Shown here in pieces: positions 40,121 to 49,910 of a stretch of 64,000 nt of DNA. Position 1 is the first letter of the stretch, and every line of letters begins with the position of its first letter. The notes beneath the pieces were generated by a model that worked only from the letters and a program-made list of their open reading frames with translations, was not told where the DNA came from and ran no database searches. The DNA is from an uncultured Verrucomicrobiae bacterium (GTDB taxonomy: Bacteria; Verrucomicrobiota; Verrucomicrobiia; Chthoniobacterales; JAATET01). The stretch lies in the NCBI GenBank assembly GCA_963719495.1, contig CAVRCI010000001.1, forward strand, positions 96,001 to 160,000, written 5' to 3'. The position numbers were made by a program, and so were the translations under genes.

Positions 40121-41872
40121 GTGCTCGAACTCCAGGACGTTTCCCTCTTCGTCGGCCGCGGCGAATCCATCACTCCCATCCTCGCGGACGTCAGCCTCCA
40201 CCTCCCCCGGCAGCACTTCACCGCCGTGATCGGCCCCTCCGGCTGCGGCAAGAGCACCCTCCTGAAAATCGTTGCCGGCATCGCCGACGGCGACGAGGAG
40301 GGCCGCGTCATCTGGAACGACCGCGATCTCTCCGAAGAAGACTTCGCCCCGACCGAGATCGGTTACGTCCCCCAGTTCAGCATTGCCCACGAGGAACTCA
40401 CCGCCGCCGAATCCATCCTCGCCGCCGTCCGCCTCCGCCTCCGACCCACCCATCCCGGCCACCTCGAGGAAATCGCCGACGACACCCTCGCTGAAGTCGG
40501 ACTCACCGAATTCGCCGACCGCCGCGTCGGCGTTCTCTCCGGCGGTCAAAAGCGACGCCTCGCCCTCGCGATGGAGATCGCCTGCGCCCCCGCCATCCTC
40601 CTCTGCGACGAAGTCACCTCCGGCCTCGACGCCCAGGCCGAGGACGAAATCGTCCGCCTTATCCACGACCTCGCCACCCGCGACCGCCTCGTCCTCTCCG
40701 TCACCCACAGCCTCCGCCACCTCCACCTCTACGACTCCGTCATCGTCCTCGCCGAAGGGGCCGTCGCCTACCACGGCCGCCCAGCCGACCTCGCCCACTA
40801 CTTCCAGATCACCGACCCCGAGGAACTCTACGCCCGCCTCACCGTCCGAAAAGGCGAGGAATGGTCCCGCTCCTGGCGCAAACACCACACCCCCTACACC
40901 GAGGACCTCCTGAGCGAATTTGCCGAAGAAAATTCAGGCTCCCCAGAACCCACCGATCCACCGGAAGACGAGACCACCGCCCCCACCACTCACCACTCAC
41001 CAGTCACCAATCACCACCGCCCCAACGCGGCAGCGCAATTCACCACCCTCCTCGCCCGCCGACTCCGCATCTTCGCCCGCAGCCCCGGTCAGATCTTTCT
41101 CCAGCTCGGCCTCATCCTCGGCTTCCCCGTCCTGGTCGCCGTCTTCGCCTGGCACGGCCTCCCGCAAATCCAAAATCTCAGCCTCGGCCTCGAACCCGAC
41201 GCCACCCGCCAACTCCTCGAAGCCAACGCTTTCCTCGCTCAGGCCAGCAAGATCGGCAGCCTCGTCTCCGGCATCGTCATGTTTCAGGTCATCCTCCTCA
41301 CCCTCATGGGAGCCAACAATTCCGGCCGCGAAATCGCCGCCGAGCGCCTCATCTTCGAGAAGGAAAAACTCTCCGGCCTGCGAACCAGCAGCTACGTCGC
41401 CAGCAAAGCCGCCTTTTTGAGCCTCCTCGTCGCCGCGCAATCCCTCTGGATGGGCCTGTTCGTTCACTACGTCTGCGGCTTCCCCGGCGAACTCCTCCCC
41501 CAGCTTGGCTTCCTCCTTCTGGTCAACGCCGCCATGACCTCCATCTGCCTCGGCATCTCCGCCTGGATGCCCAACGCCGAGCAAGCCTCCCTCGTCAGCA
41601 TCTACCTCGTCGGTTTCCAGCTCCCCCTCTCCGGAGCCGTCCTCGCTCTCCCCGACGCCGTCGGCGAAGTCGTCCGCCCCTTCGTCTCCGCCTATTGGAG
41701 TTGGTCCGGCATCCTCCAGACGCTTCGCGGCGAGCGCTACTACGACATCGCCCAGATGGTCGTCCAAACCGCCCTCTCCCCCGCCGCCCTCTGCACCTGG
41801 ATCCTCACCGCCCACCTCGTCGGCGGCCTCTTCCTGGCCTACACTGGAGCCAAAGCCACCCGCATCCAATGA
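40121..41872 (+). CDS. ABC transporter, fused ATP-binding + ABC-2-type permease
   Basis: GPSGCGKST, LSGGQKRR and DEVTSGLD motifs; C-terminal TM domain with REIAAERLIFEKE. Confidence 0.88.
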   Translation: MLELQDVSLFVGRGESITPILADVSLHLPRQHFTAVIGPSGCGKSTLLKIVAGIADGDEEGRVIWNDRDLSEEDFAPTEIGYVPQFSIAHEELTAAESILAAVRLRLRPTHPGHLEEIADDTLAEVGLTEFADRRVGVLSGGQKRRLALAMEIACAPAILLCDEVTSGLDAQAEDEIVRLIHDLATRDRLVLSVTHSLRHLHLYDSVIVLAEGAVAYHGRPADLAHYFQITDPEELYARLTVRKGEEWSRSWRKHHTPYTEDLLSEFAEENSGSPEPTDPPEDETTAPTTHHSPVTNHHRPNAAAQFTTLLARRLRIFARSPGQIFLQLGLILGFPVLVAVFAWHGLPQIQNLSLGLEPDATRQLLEANAFLAQASKIGSLVSGIVMFQVILLTLMGANNSGREIAAERLIFEKEKLSGLRTSSYVASKAAFLSLLVAAQSLWMGLFVHYVCGFPGELLPQLGFLLLVNAAMTSICLGISAWMPNAEQASLVSIYLVGFQLPLSGAVLALPDAVGEVVRPFVSAYWSWSGILQTLRGERYYDIAQMVVQTALSPAALCTWILTAHLVGGLFLAYTGAKATRIQ

Positions 41873-41876
41873 CACC

Positions 41877-41908
41877 AATCCGAAATCCGAAATCCGAAAT
41901 CCGAAATT
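41877..41908. repeat. Heptamer array (AATCCGA)4
   Basis: Directly visible, immediately before ATG 41911. Confidence 0.9.
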
Positions 41909-41910
41909 AG

Positions 41911-42312
41911 ATGTCCCGCCGGTCCCGCAAATCCATTCACCCCGCCTGGCTCCTCACCGGACTCATCGTCCTTGTCGTCGTCCTCTACCTCGGCACCACC
42001 CTCTTCTCCCGAACCGGCGATCCCTACCGCACCACGGCCCCACTCGCGGCCGCGGCCTACCTCGAAAATTCCAACAGCCTCCGCGGCAACGTCTACAAAC
42101 TCGAGGGCGAGATCCTCAACGTCCTCGGCTACAGCCCCGCCACCCAGGACCGCCTGATCTCCGTCCAGATCCAGGGTGAAGAAGACATCGTCCCGCTCGT
42201 CGTCCCCGGTAATCTCAGCCACGTCAACCTCCAGAAAGGCCAGAAATTCCACTTCGAAGTCCAGGTCGACCCCAAAGGAATCCTAAGAGCCCAAGCCCTA
42301 GCAAAATCATGA
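41911..42312 (+). CDS. Membrane-anchored hypothetical protein (possible OB fold)
   Basis: Single N-terminal TM, beta-rich NSLRGNVYKLEGEI..NLQKGQKFHFEV. Confidence 0.7.
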   Translation: MSRRSRKSIHPAWLLTGLIVLVVVLYLGTTLFSRTGDPYRTTAPLAAAAYLENSNSLRGNVYKLEGEILNVLGYSPATQDRLISVQIQGEEDIVPLVVPGNLSHVNLQKGQKFHFEVQVDPKGILRAQALAKS

Positions 42313-44288
42313 ATGATCATTCAAGGAGCGGCGGCTTCCAGCCGCCGAAGTCCGCCAAATCGAGCGAAGCGAGAGAGCCGAGGTATCTTTCAAGAAGCGG
42401 CGATTTTCAATCGCCGAACCAACCAACCGGCGAAGCCGCAAACCCCGCCAAGCTCTTCCTCATCACCCTCGCCTTAACGCTCACCACCCTCGCCCCCAAC
42501 ACCCGGGCCCAGGTCCTCGACGCCGCCACCGCCGCCTCTCCCCAAGCCGCCCCGGCTCCCGCGTCCCCCGCCGGCGGCTCGAACTTCCTCGGCCGCGACG
42601 CCCCCTCGTTCGATCCCGCGAACGAAATGATCACGTGGGACGGCAAGACGTGGAACGTGAACAACAACCGCCTCTTCGAAGCCCGCTTCGAGAAATACCT
42701 CAACATCGCCGCCGAGACCGACGAAGAGGACGCGAAATACAACGCCATCCTCGCCGAGCTCCTCAACCTCCTCAGCGCCAACAACGTCACCCCCACCTCC
42801 CTCGACCGGGCCTTCGAACTCTTGCCCCAGGCCTCCGAATACCGCCGCGACGCCGGCCTCGGCGACACCATCGCCAACCAAGTCTACTCCGCCTGGCGCG
42901 CCCGCCGCGAGCTCAGCCGCATCCGCCAGGCCGACACCGCCCTGCTTCAGGAACGCCGTCGCGTCGAACGCAATCAGCTCATCACCGCCGACACGCGTCC
43001 GTTGCAACGAGTGACCGGAGCCAATCCCGAAGAAACCGCCGCCAACGCCACCGCCCTCGCCGAGCGCCGCGGCATCGAGATGCAGCCCTTCACCACCCGA
43101 CTCGTCGAGCTCAATACCCTCCTCAAGACGAACCAGACCCGCCGCGAGCTGCAGGAAGCCCAAACGAAAATCGAATTTCAAGCCCTCATCGTCCAACTCT
43201 TCATTCAGCGCCGCTTCGAGCACGTCCTCATCGCCACCCGCTTCTACCGCAACGTCTTCGCCGACGGCGACGACCAGCTGGACATCAAAGGCGAAAGCAA
43301 AAACCTCTTCGCCAAGACGACCGGCCTGCCCCCCACCGTCGGCACCGTCGATTCCCTCGCCAACGAAATCATCCGCGACGTCGCCGAGGGCATCGAGGCC
43401 TACGAATTCCTCCTCGAACGCGACGAACTCGAATCCGCCACCAAGCGACTCGCCGAAACCTTCCTCGTCGGCGAATACCTCCCCGAGGTCCGCACCCTCG
43501 CCCGCGACGACAAACGCCGCGCCCTCGCCTTCGTCCAAGCCTCGAACCAACTCGTCTCCGCCCTCGAGGTGAAGGACTACACCCTCGCCGAGAAGCTCGT
43601 CGCCGAACTCGAGCAAACCGCCCGGGATTTCGACAATTCCAAACCGATGGCCGCGATCCAAACCGCCAAAACCGTTGCCTCCATGCACCTCGCAAAAGCC
43701 CGCAACGCCGCCGTCGCCGGCGAGCGCGACGTCCTCGAATCCGAGCTCGCCGCCGCCACCGAGATCTGGCCCCGCAATCCCGCCCTCGCCGAGATTTCCT
43801 CCACGATCTTCTCCCGCGGCGACGTCCAGGGCAAAGCGCTCGTCGACTTCGATCAGCTCCTCAGCCAAAAGAACTACCGCCAGATCTTCGACGACAAGGA
43901 ACGCCTCATCGCCGCCACCGCCCTCGACCCCGCCCGCCAGCAGCAGCTCCGCGAGGTCCTCGCCGACATGACCGCCATCGAAGGTGCCATCATCCGCGCT
44001 CAGGAAATCGAGAAACGCGGAGACTCCGCCGGAGCCTGGGAATCCGCCGAAAAAGCGTTTCTCGAATTCCCCAACGACAGCAAACTCAACCAGCTCCGGG
44101 CCAACCTCACCACCCAGGCCGCCGAATTCGTCCGCTCCCTCCGCCGGGCCGAAGAACTTGAAGACCGCGACCAACCCGGCTCCAGCCTCGCCTGGTATCT
44201 CCAAGCCCAGCAGCAATACCCCAACAGCGACTTCGCCAAAGAAGGCATCGAACGCCTAACGAAAGAAATCCTCCCCGACGCCAGCTAA
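42309..44288 (+). CDS. Large secreted helical hypothetical protein
   Basis: ATGA overlap with the previous gene, signal-peptide-like LFLITLALTLTTLAPNTRAQ, host codon usage. Confidence 0.75.
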   Translation: MNDHSRSGGFQPPKSAKSSEAREPRYLSRSGDFQSPNQPTGEAANPAKLFLITLALTLTTLAPNTRAQVLDAATAASPQAAPAPASPAGGSNFLGRDAPSFDPANEMITWDGKTWNVNNNRLFEARFEKYLNIAAETDEEDAKYNAILAELLNLLSANNVTPTSLDRAFELLPQASEYRRDAGLGDTIANQVYSAWRARRELSRIRQADTALLQERRRVERNQLITADTRPLQRVTGANPEETAANATALAERRGIEMQPFTTRLVELNTLLKTNQTRRELQEAQTKIEFQALIVQLFIQRRFEHVLIATRFYRNVFADGDDQLDIKGESKNLFAKTTGLPPTVGTVDSLANEIIRDVAEGIEAYEFLLERDELESATKRLAETFLVGEYLPEVRTLARDDKRRALAFVQASNQLVSALEVKDYTLAEKLVAELEQTARDFDNSKPMAAIQTAKTVASMHLAKARNAAVAGERDVLESELAAATEIWPRNPALAEISSTIFSRGDVQGKALVDFDQLLSQKNYRQIFDDKERLIAATALDPARQQQLREVLADMTAIEGAIIRAQEIEKRGDSAGAWESAEKAFLEFPNDSKLNQLRANLTTQAAEFVRSLRRAEELEDRDQPGSSLAWYLQAQQQYPNSDFAKEGIERLTKEILPDAS

Positions 44289-44386
44289 ACCGCGCAGCGG
44301 TTCCGTCCAGGAAAAAGGTAGGGAAGGCGCGCCGCGCGTTCCGTGGCAATCTCGCCGGAGCAACGAAGCCAGCAAACCGCCATCCG

Positions 44387-45145
44387 CTACTCGAGAGCCC
44401 CGATCGCCGCCCGGCGATAATGCTCGTCCGGTCGATTCTCGATCCGGTCCGAAATCGTCGACTCCAAAAATTGCGGCCCACCCAGCAGATAATTTCCCGC
44501 CAGGATTTTCGCCCATTTGTCGAGCATCAGCATGATGTTGAGCACGTCGCGATCCGTCGCGCCCAGCGCCACCGGCCCGTGGTTCACCATCAGAATCACC
44601 TTCGGCGCCGCCCCGTGCGTGTCCATGAACTCGCGCAAGGAATCGCGCACCGCCACCGCCAGCCGCAAGCCCGGGTCGATGTAGGGCACGACCGCCAGAT
44701 TCCGACCGCACACCACGATTTCGTCCGGAAAAATGTGATTGAGAAAAGGCTCCGCGCCCAGCTTGCTGCACAGAATCCGGAGCATCGACACCGGGTGCGT
44801 GTGCCCCACCCACTTCGCTCCCGCCTCGCGGATGCACAGCGCGTGTAAAAACGTCTCCACCGAAGGCAGCTTCGCCGACGGATCCACCCGACTCGCCTCG
44901 AGCCGACCCCGCACCTCCGCATCGCTCGAGTCCGGCTCGTCGATCGCGGCCAGCACCGGATCGAGCTTCACCCGCGTGAATCCCGCCTCGTCGATCGTGC
45001 CCAGTTGACTACCCGAAGCCTTCACCAAAAACGTCCCATCGCCCAGATCGGCGCTGGTGTTTCCTTCGCCCAGGATGGCGAGTTCGCGATCTTCGCGCCC
45101 GAGTTCGTGCGAGAGCCGGATGACCCGGTCGAGGATGTCTTTCAT
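44387..45145 (-). CDS. Class II aldolase/adducin family protein
   Basis: [26 protein letters not shown] and MVNHG motifs. ATG at 45145. Confidence 0.88.
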   Translation of the reverse strand: MKDILDRVIRLSHELGREDRELAILGEGNTSADLGDGTFLVKASGSQLGTIDEAGFTRVKLDPVLAAIDEPDSSDAEVRGRLEASRVDPSAKLPSVETFLHALCIREAGAKWVGHTHPVSMLRILCSKLGAEPFLNHIFPDEIVVCGRNLAVVPYIDPGLRLAVAVRDSLREFMDTHGAAPKVILMVNHGPVALGATDRDVLNIMLMLDKWAKILAGNYLLGGPQFLESTISDRIENRPDEHYRRAAIGALE

Positions 45146-45169
45146 AGCGGGGAAGGGACCGGGGAAAAG

Positions 45170-45260
45170 TGGCGGTGGGAGAGGGATTTGAACCCTCGGA
45201 ACCCTTTTGGAGTTCGCATCTTTAGCAAAGATGTGCTTTCGACCACTCAGCCATCCCACC
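45170..45260 (-). tRNA. tRNA-Ser(GCT)
   Basis: GGTGGGATGGCTGAGTGGTCGAAAGC..CATCT-TTGCTAA-AGATG, long variable arm, GGTTCAAATCC, encoded CCA. Confidence 0.95.
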
Positions 45261-45357
45261 AACTTGAAGACCAAAGGTATCCCGCAAATCCCCGCCGGGT
45301 CAAACGAGAATCAACGCAGAAAATCCCGGAGGGATTTTCAGCCCCGCCCGGCCCCCG

Positions 45358-46311
45358 TCACAGCACACCCGCAACGAGCCACCCAAGATACCCGGCATAA
45401 ATCCCCAGAAAGACGCCCCCCTCCCACCGCTTGAGCACGAACCCGGTCCGCATCAGCGGAATCACCAACGCGCACACCCCAATCATCACCATCACGTCCA
45501 CCGCGGTCACGCCCTGCGCATCGAGCGGATGGATGATCGAAGCAATCCCGAGGATGCAAAGCACGTTGTAGATCGTCGACCCGACGATGTTTCCCACCGC
45601 GATGTCCGCCTCGTTCTTCATCGACGCCACGATCGTTGCCGCCAATTCCGGCGTGCTCGTTCCCGCCGCCACGATGGTCAGGCCGATCACCGCCTCGCTC
45701 ACCCCCCACCCCCGCGCCAAACTCGCCGCCCCGTCCACCAAAAATCTCGCCCCGCCGACCAGCACCGCGATCCCGATCACCACCAGCACCGCGTCGATCC
45801 CCACGCTTTTCCCCGGCGATCCGACCGATTCCTCGAACTGCGCGTCGACCGCCTTGTTCCCGTTCTTCTTCGCCACCACGAAGCTCGCCACCCCGTAACC
45901 CACCAGCAACCCGACAAAAACCACACCATCCACCCGCGAAATTCCCCCATCGATGAGAAGCACCCCCGCCAACACGCACACTCCCAGCATGATCGGAAGA
46001 TCGAATCGAATGAGCTGATACTGAGTCCGCAGCGGGCAGATCATCGCCGCCACGCCGAGCACCACCGCGATGTTGAAAATGTTCGACCCCACCACGTTTC
46101 CAATCGCCATCCCGGTCTGCCCGTCGAGCGCCGCCTTGATGCTCACCAGCAACTCCGGCGCGCTCGTGCCGAAGGCCACCACCGTCAGCCCGACCACCAG
46201 GGGCGTCATTCCCAATCTCAACGCCAGCGAAGAACTACCGCGCACGAGCCACTCCGCGCCAAAATAAAGCATCGCGAGGCCAGCGGCGACAAAGAGGAGA
46301 TCGAGCAACAT
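45358..46311 (-). CDS. Calcium/sodium antiporter (YrbG-like CaCA)
   Basis: Two repeats, FGTSAPEL..GNVVGSNIFN and AGTSTPEL..GNIVGSTIYN. Confidence 0.92.
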   Translation of the reverse strand: MLLDLLFVAAGLAMLYFGAEWLVRGSSSLALRLGMTPLVVGLTVVAFGTSAPELLVSIKAALDGQTGMAIGNVVGSNIFNIAVVLGVAAMICPLRTQYQLIRFDLPIMLGVCVLAGVLLIDGGISRVDGVVFVGLLVGYGVASFVVAKKNGNKAVDAQFEESVGSPGKSVGIDAVLVVIGIAVLVGGARFLVDGAASLARGWGVSEAVIGLTIVAAGTSTPELAATIVASMKNEADIAVGNIVGSTIYNVLCILGIASIIHPLDAQGVTAVDVMVMIGVCALVIPLMRTGFVLKRWEGGVFLGIYAGYLGWLVAGVL

Positions 46312-46414
46312 CGGTCGCGCATCATCCGGCATCATTCCGATTCGTCAAATCGCAACCGCCCACCGACCCGACTAATTGCTTCCGACGCCCCGCCCGGACC
46401 GCTATTTTCCCGCG

Positions 46415-47265
46415 ATGCCATCCACCGCCCGCGTTCGCGTCCCCGCCACCACGGCCAATCTCGGCCCCGGCTTCGACGCCCTCGGCATCGCCCTTCGTCT
46501 CTACAATACCATCACCGTCTCCCGCGCCGACGCCTCCGACCCTCACCCGATGATCGCCGCCGCCTCCGCCCGCTTCTTCGAGGCCGCCGCACGCCCAGCC
46601 TTCCCGTTCTCGTGGAAAATCCGAGGGGCCGTCCCGCGCTCCCGCGGCCTCGGCAGCAGCGTCACCGTCCGGCTCGGCGTCCTCCACGGCCTCAACGAGC
46701 TCGCCGACCGCCCCCTCGGCCCCGACGCCGTCTACCGCCTCTGCGCCGAGCTCGAAGGCCACCCCGACAACGCCGCCCCCGCCGCCTTCGGCGGCTTCGT
46801 CGTCGCCCGCGGCAACGGCGATTACCAGCGCTTCCGCGTCGCCTCGCGCCTCCACTTCGCGCTCCTCATCCCCGACTTCGAAGTCGAGACCGATCCCGCC
46901 CGCGACGTCCTCCCGGCCTCGATCCCCTTCGCCAACGCCGTTCGCAACGTCGCGAACACCGCCGCGATCACCGCCGCCTTCGCCTCCGCGAATTACCACG
47001 CCCTCCCCGGCTGCTTCGGCGACACCCTCCACCAACCCCACCGCGCCAGCCTCGTCCCCTGCCTCGATCCCGTGATCGCCGCCGCCGAGGAAGCCGGTGC
47101 CCTCGGTGGCTGGCTCAGCGGCTCCGGATCGACCATCGCCTGCCTCGCCGAAGACCACGCCGAAGCCGTGGCCGCCGCGATGAAGCGGGCCGCCGACTGC
47201 CCCGGTGCCCAGGTCCTCGTCACCACCGCCGACAACCAAGGCGTCCGAATTCTCCCCCCCGCTGA
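46415..47265 (+). CDS. thrB: Homoserine kinase (as sequenced the frame misses the TGA at 47263-47265 and runs on to 48559)
   Basis: PATTANLGPGFD, PRSRGLGSS, EGHPDNAAP and LSGSGST motifs. Confidence 0.9.
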
Positions 47266-47267
47266 TC

Positions 47268-48461
47268 ATGCGCCGCTGGCTGGAAGGGATCGAGACGTTC
47301 GCCATCGACGTCATCCTCGAGCGCCGCTACGGCCGCCGCGCCGAAGCCCTCCGCTTCGTCCTCCTCCACCTCTCGACCCTCTACCGCGGCATCGTGCAGG
47401 CCCGCCTCGCGCTCTACCGCCACCGCTGGCTCCGCGAACGCTCCCCCGGCATCTCCGTCATCTCCGTGGGCAACATCTCCGTCGGTGGCACCGGCAAGAC
47501 GCCCGTCGTCGAAATGCTCGCCCGCGAGCTCACCGCCGGCGGCCGCCGCGTCGCCATCCTCAGCCGGGGTTACAAGAGCGTCTCCAAGCCCCTCGTCGTC
47601 CGCCTCTTCAACAACTTCACCGGAAAAACCCCCACCTTCGTCCCGCGCATCGTCAGCGACGGCAAGTCCCTCCTCCTCGACTCCCGCACCGGTGGCGACG
47701 AACCCTTCATGCTCGCCAACAGCCTCCGCGGCGTTGTCGTCCTCGTCGACAAGGACCGCGTCAAGAGCGCGATCTACGCCGCCGAACACTTCGGCTGCGA
47801 CACCATCCTCCTCGACGACGGCCTGCAATACCTCAAACTCGACCGCCGCATCGAGATCGTCCTCGTCGACCGCCAGGCCCCCTTCGGCAACGGCTTCATG
47901 CTCCCCCGCGGCACCCTCCGCGAACCCCCCGCCAACCTCCACCGCGCCACCCACATCTTCCTCACCAAGTGCAACGGCGACGACAACTCCGACCTCATCG
48001 CCCGCATCCGCGAGCACAACCGCACCGCCGACATCATCGAATGCCGCCACCGCGCCGTTCACCTGCGCAACCTCCTCTCCGGCGAAATCAAACCGCTCAG
48101 CCACCTCGACGGACTCACCGTCGGATCCCTCTGCGGCATCGCCGCCCCCGAGAGTTTCGAAAACGCCCTCCGCAACCTCGGCGCGAACCTCGAACTCACC
48201 AAGACCTACACCGACCACCACCGCTACTCCCACCGCGAGATCGAAAATTTCGTCCGCCGCTGCGCCAAACGCAACCTCGCCGCCATCCTCACCACCGAGA
48301 AGGACGCCGTCCGCATCCCCCGCGTCCTCGACCCCGCCGTCCCGATGTTTTACCTCCGCGTCGAAATCGAAATCCTCGCCGGTCAGGAAAACTGGGCCCG
48401 CTTCCTGACCCGCCTCACCACCCCCCAACCCATCATCCGCCCCACACCCATCTACGCTTGA
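47268..48461 (+). CDS. lpxK: Tetraacyldisaccharide 4'-kinase
   Basis: VGNISVGGTGKTP, LSRGY, GDEP, LDDGLQ, LPRGTLRE and TTEKDAV motifs. Confidence 0.95.
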   Translation: MRRWLEGIETFAIDVILERRYGRRAEALRFVLLHLSTLYRGIVQARLALYRHRWLRERSPGISVISVGNISVGGTGKTPVVEMLARELTAGGRRVAILSRGYKSVSKPLVVRLFNNFTGKTPTFVPRIVSDGKSLLLDSRTGGDEPFMLANSLRGVVVLVDKDRVKSAIYAAEHFGCDTILLDDGLQYLKLDRRIEIVLVDRQAPFGNGFMLPRGTLREPPANLHRATHIFLTKCNGDDNSDLIARIREHNRTADIIECRHRAVHLRNLLSGEIKPLSHLDGLTVGSLCGIAAPESFENALRNLGANLELTKTYTDHHRYSHREIENFVRRCAKRNLAAILTTEKDAVRIPRVLDPAVPMFYLRVEIEILAGQENWARFLTRLTTPQPIIRPTPIYA

Positions 48462-48528
48462 GCCGCCGCCCGAACAAAACTTCGATGCGGCCGCACCAAA
48501 GTTTTGTTCGGTCGAATGATCGCATTCG

Positions 48529-49227
48529 TCACTCGACCTTCCCCTCCACCTCCAAATAAGCCCGCTCCGTCGGCCTCCGAGTCTCGGGATTGATCGCTTC
48601 CACCCGCATCGACTTCAGCATCCACTGCCCGTCGATCCGCTGCGCCGACTTCACGGTGAACCTCTTCACGATCTTCCCCTCCCCGTTGTAGCCCTCCATC
48701 TGCATGATCGATCCGCTGTCCTTGTCGATCCACACGCGCACGACCCCATACTGACTCCGCCCGCGCGGGGACTGCACCTCGACTTCCCAGCACGACCGGC
48801 CATAGATCTTTTCGTCGCCGTTCAACTTGGCCCGCGGCCAATAAAGAAACGGCACCGCCAGATCCTCGTAAGTGATCGGCGTCCCCCCGATCCGCCGGTC
48901 GTATTTCGCGGACTTCACCGTCTGGTCGGACCCACCCGAGCGCTCCGTCAGAATCGCCTCGTCGTTCGTCAGCCGAAGCCCGATCTCCTGCCCCGATTCA
49001 AACGCGTACCGAATCTCCCCATCGTCGAGCGAAATCACGAACGGGATCTTGTCGCCGTCGGCGGTCCGCAATTCCGCCTCGAGCTTGGCCGACTGGCCAA
49101 TCTGGTTCATCCGCGCGGATCGGAGGATCTGGTCCGCACTCGGTTCATCCGCGGCTTGGCTACAGCCCATGCCTCCAAGGAGAAGGACGAGGAGGAGGTT
49201 CTTGGCTTGAGTGGATCGGGGATTCAT
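48529..49227 (-). CDS. Outer-membrane lipoprotein-sorting (LolA-like) protein
   Basis: Signal peptide, GTPITYEDL and SQYGVVRVWIDK motifs. Confidence 0.7.
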   Translation of the reverse strand: MNPRSTQAKNLLLVLLLGGMGCSQAADEPSADQILRSARMNQIGQSAKLEAELRTADGDKIPFVISLDDGEIRYAFESGQEIGLRLTNDEAILTERSGGSDQTVKSAKYDRRIGGTPITYEDLAVPFLYWPRAKLNGDEKIYGRSCWEVEVQSPRGRSQYGVVRVWIDKDSGSIMQMEGYNGEGKIVKRFTVKSAQRIDGQWMLKSMRVEAINPETRRPTERAYLEVEGKVE

Positions 49228-49262
49228 CGGAGTCTGCCGCGCACTATCGACCACCGCCCCGG

Positions 49263-49910
49263 ATGGATCAAAGCCTCTTTCACCTCGTCAATTCCACTTG
49301 GGCCCACCCCGCGCTCGACCTCCCGATGGCCGCCATCTCGAGCTGGGATTTCTGGTGGCCGATCGCCGTCCTTGCCTGCCTTTTCGCGGTCATCTTCGGA
49401 GGATTTCGCGGGCGCGCTTTTGTCGTCTGCATCGGACTCGTGATCGGCTTCACCGACGGCCTCGTCGTCCGCACGCTCAAAAACACCATCGAGCGCCCCC
49501 GCCCCTACCAGGTCCTCGACGGCGTCCGCATCCTCGATCTGCAAAAAGCCAAACCGCGCCTCCTCGCCCTCGCCAAGCCGGTCAAAATCGAGATCTCCGA
49601 ACCGTCGATCCAACCCGTCACCGGCAACGCCTTCCCGTCCGGCCACGCGGCCAACAACTTCGCGCTCGCCACCGTCCTCGCCGTTTTCTACCGCCGCTGG
49701 GGCTGGCTCTACTTCCTCCCCGCGACCCTGGTCGCCTTCTCCCGGGTCTACGTCGGCAGCCACTATCCGTCCGACATCCTGGTCGCCGCGATCATCGGAG
49801 CCGGGTGCGGCTGTCTCGTCCTCGCACTCCTCGAGACGATCTGGCGGCGACTCGCTCCGCGCGTCGCCTCCACCCTCGCCGCCCGCCATCCCAGCTTACT
49901 CGCGCCGTGA
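49263..49910 (+). CDS. PAP2 family phosphatase
   Basis: K..ERPRP, FPSGHA and SRVYVGSHYPSD motifs. Confidence 0.92.
   Translation: MDQSLFHLVNSTWAHPALDLPMAAISSWDFWWPIAVLACLFAVIFGGFRGRAFVVCIGLVIGFTDGLVVRTLKNTIERPRPYQVLDGVRILDLQKAKPRLLALAKPVKIEISEPSIQPVTGNAFPSGHAANNFALATVLAVFYRRWGWLYFLPATLVAFSRVYVGSHYPSDILVAAIIGAGCGCLVLALLETIWRRLAPRVASTLAARHPSLLAP

Noticed and set aside
45170..45260. tRNA-Ser as an island integration site
   Set aside because: No integrase and no duplicated tRNA 3' end was seen in the window.
44387..45274. Extended aldolase N-terminus
   Set aside because: It would run through tRNA-Ser; ATG 45145 is preferred.
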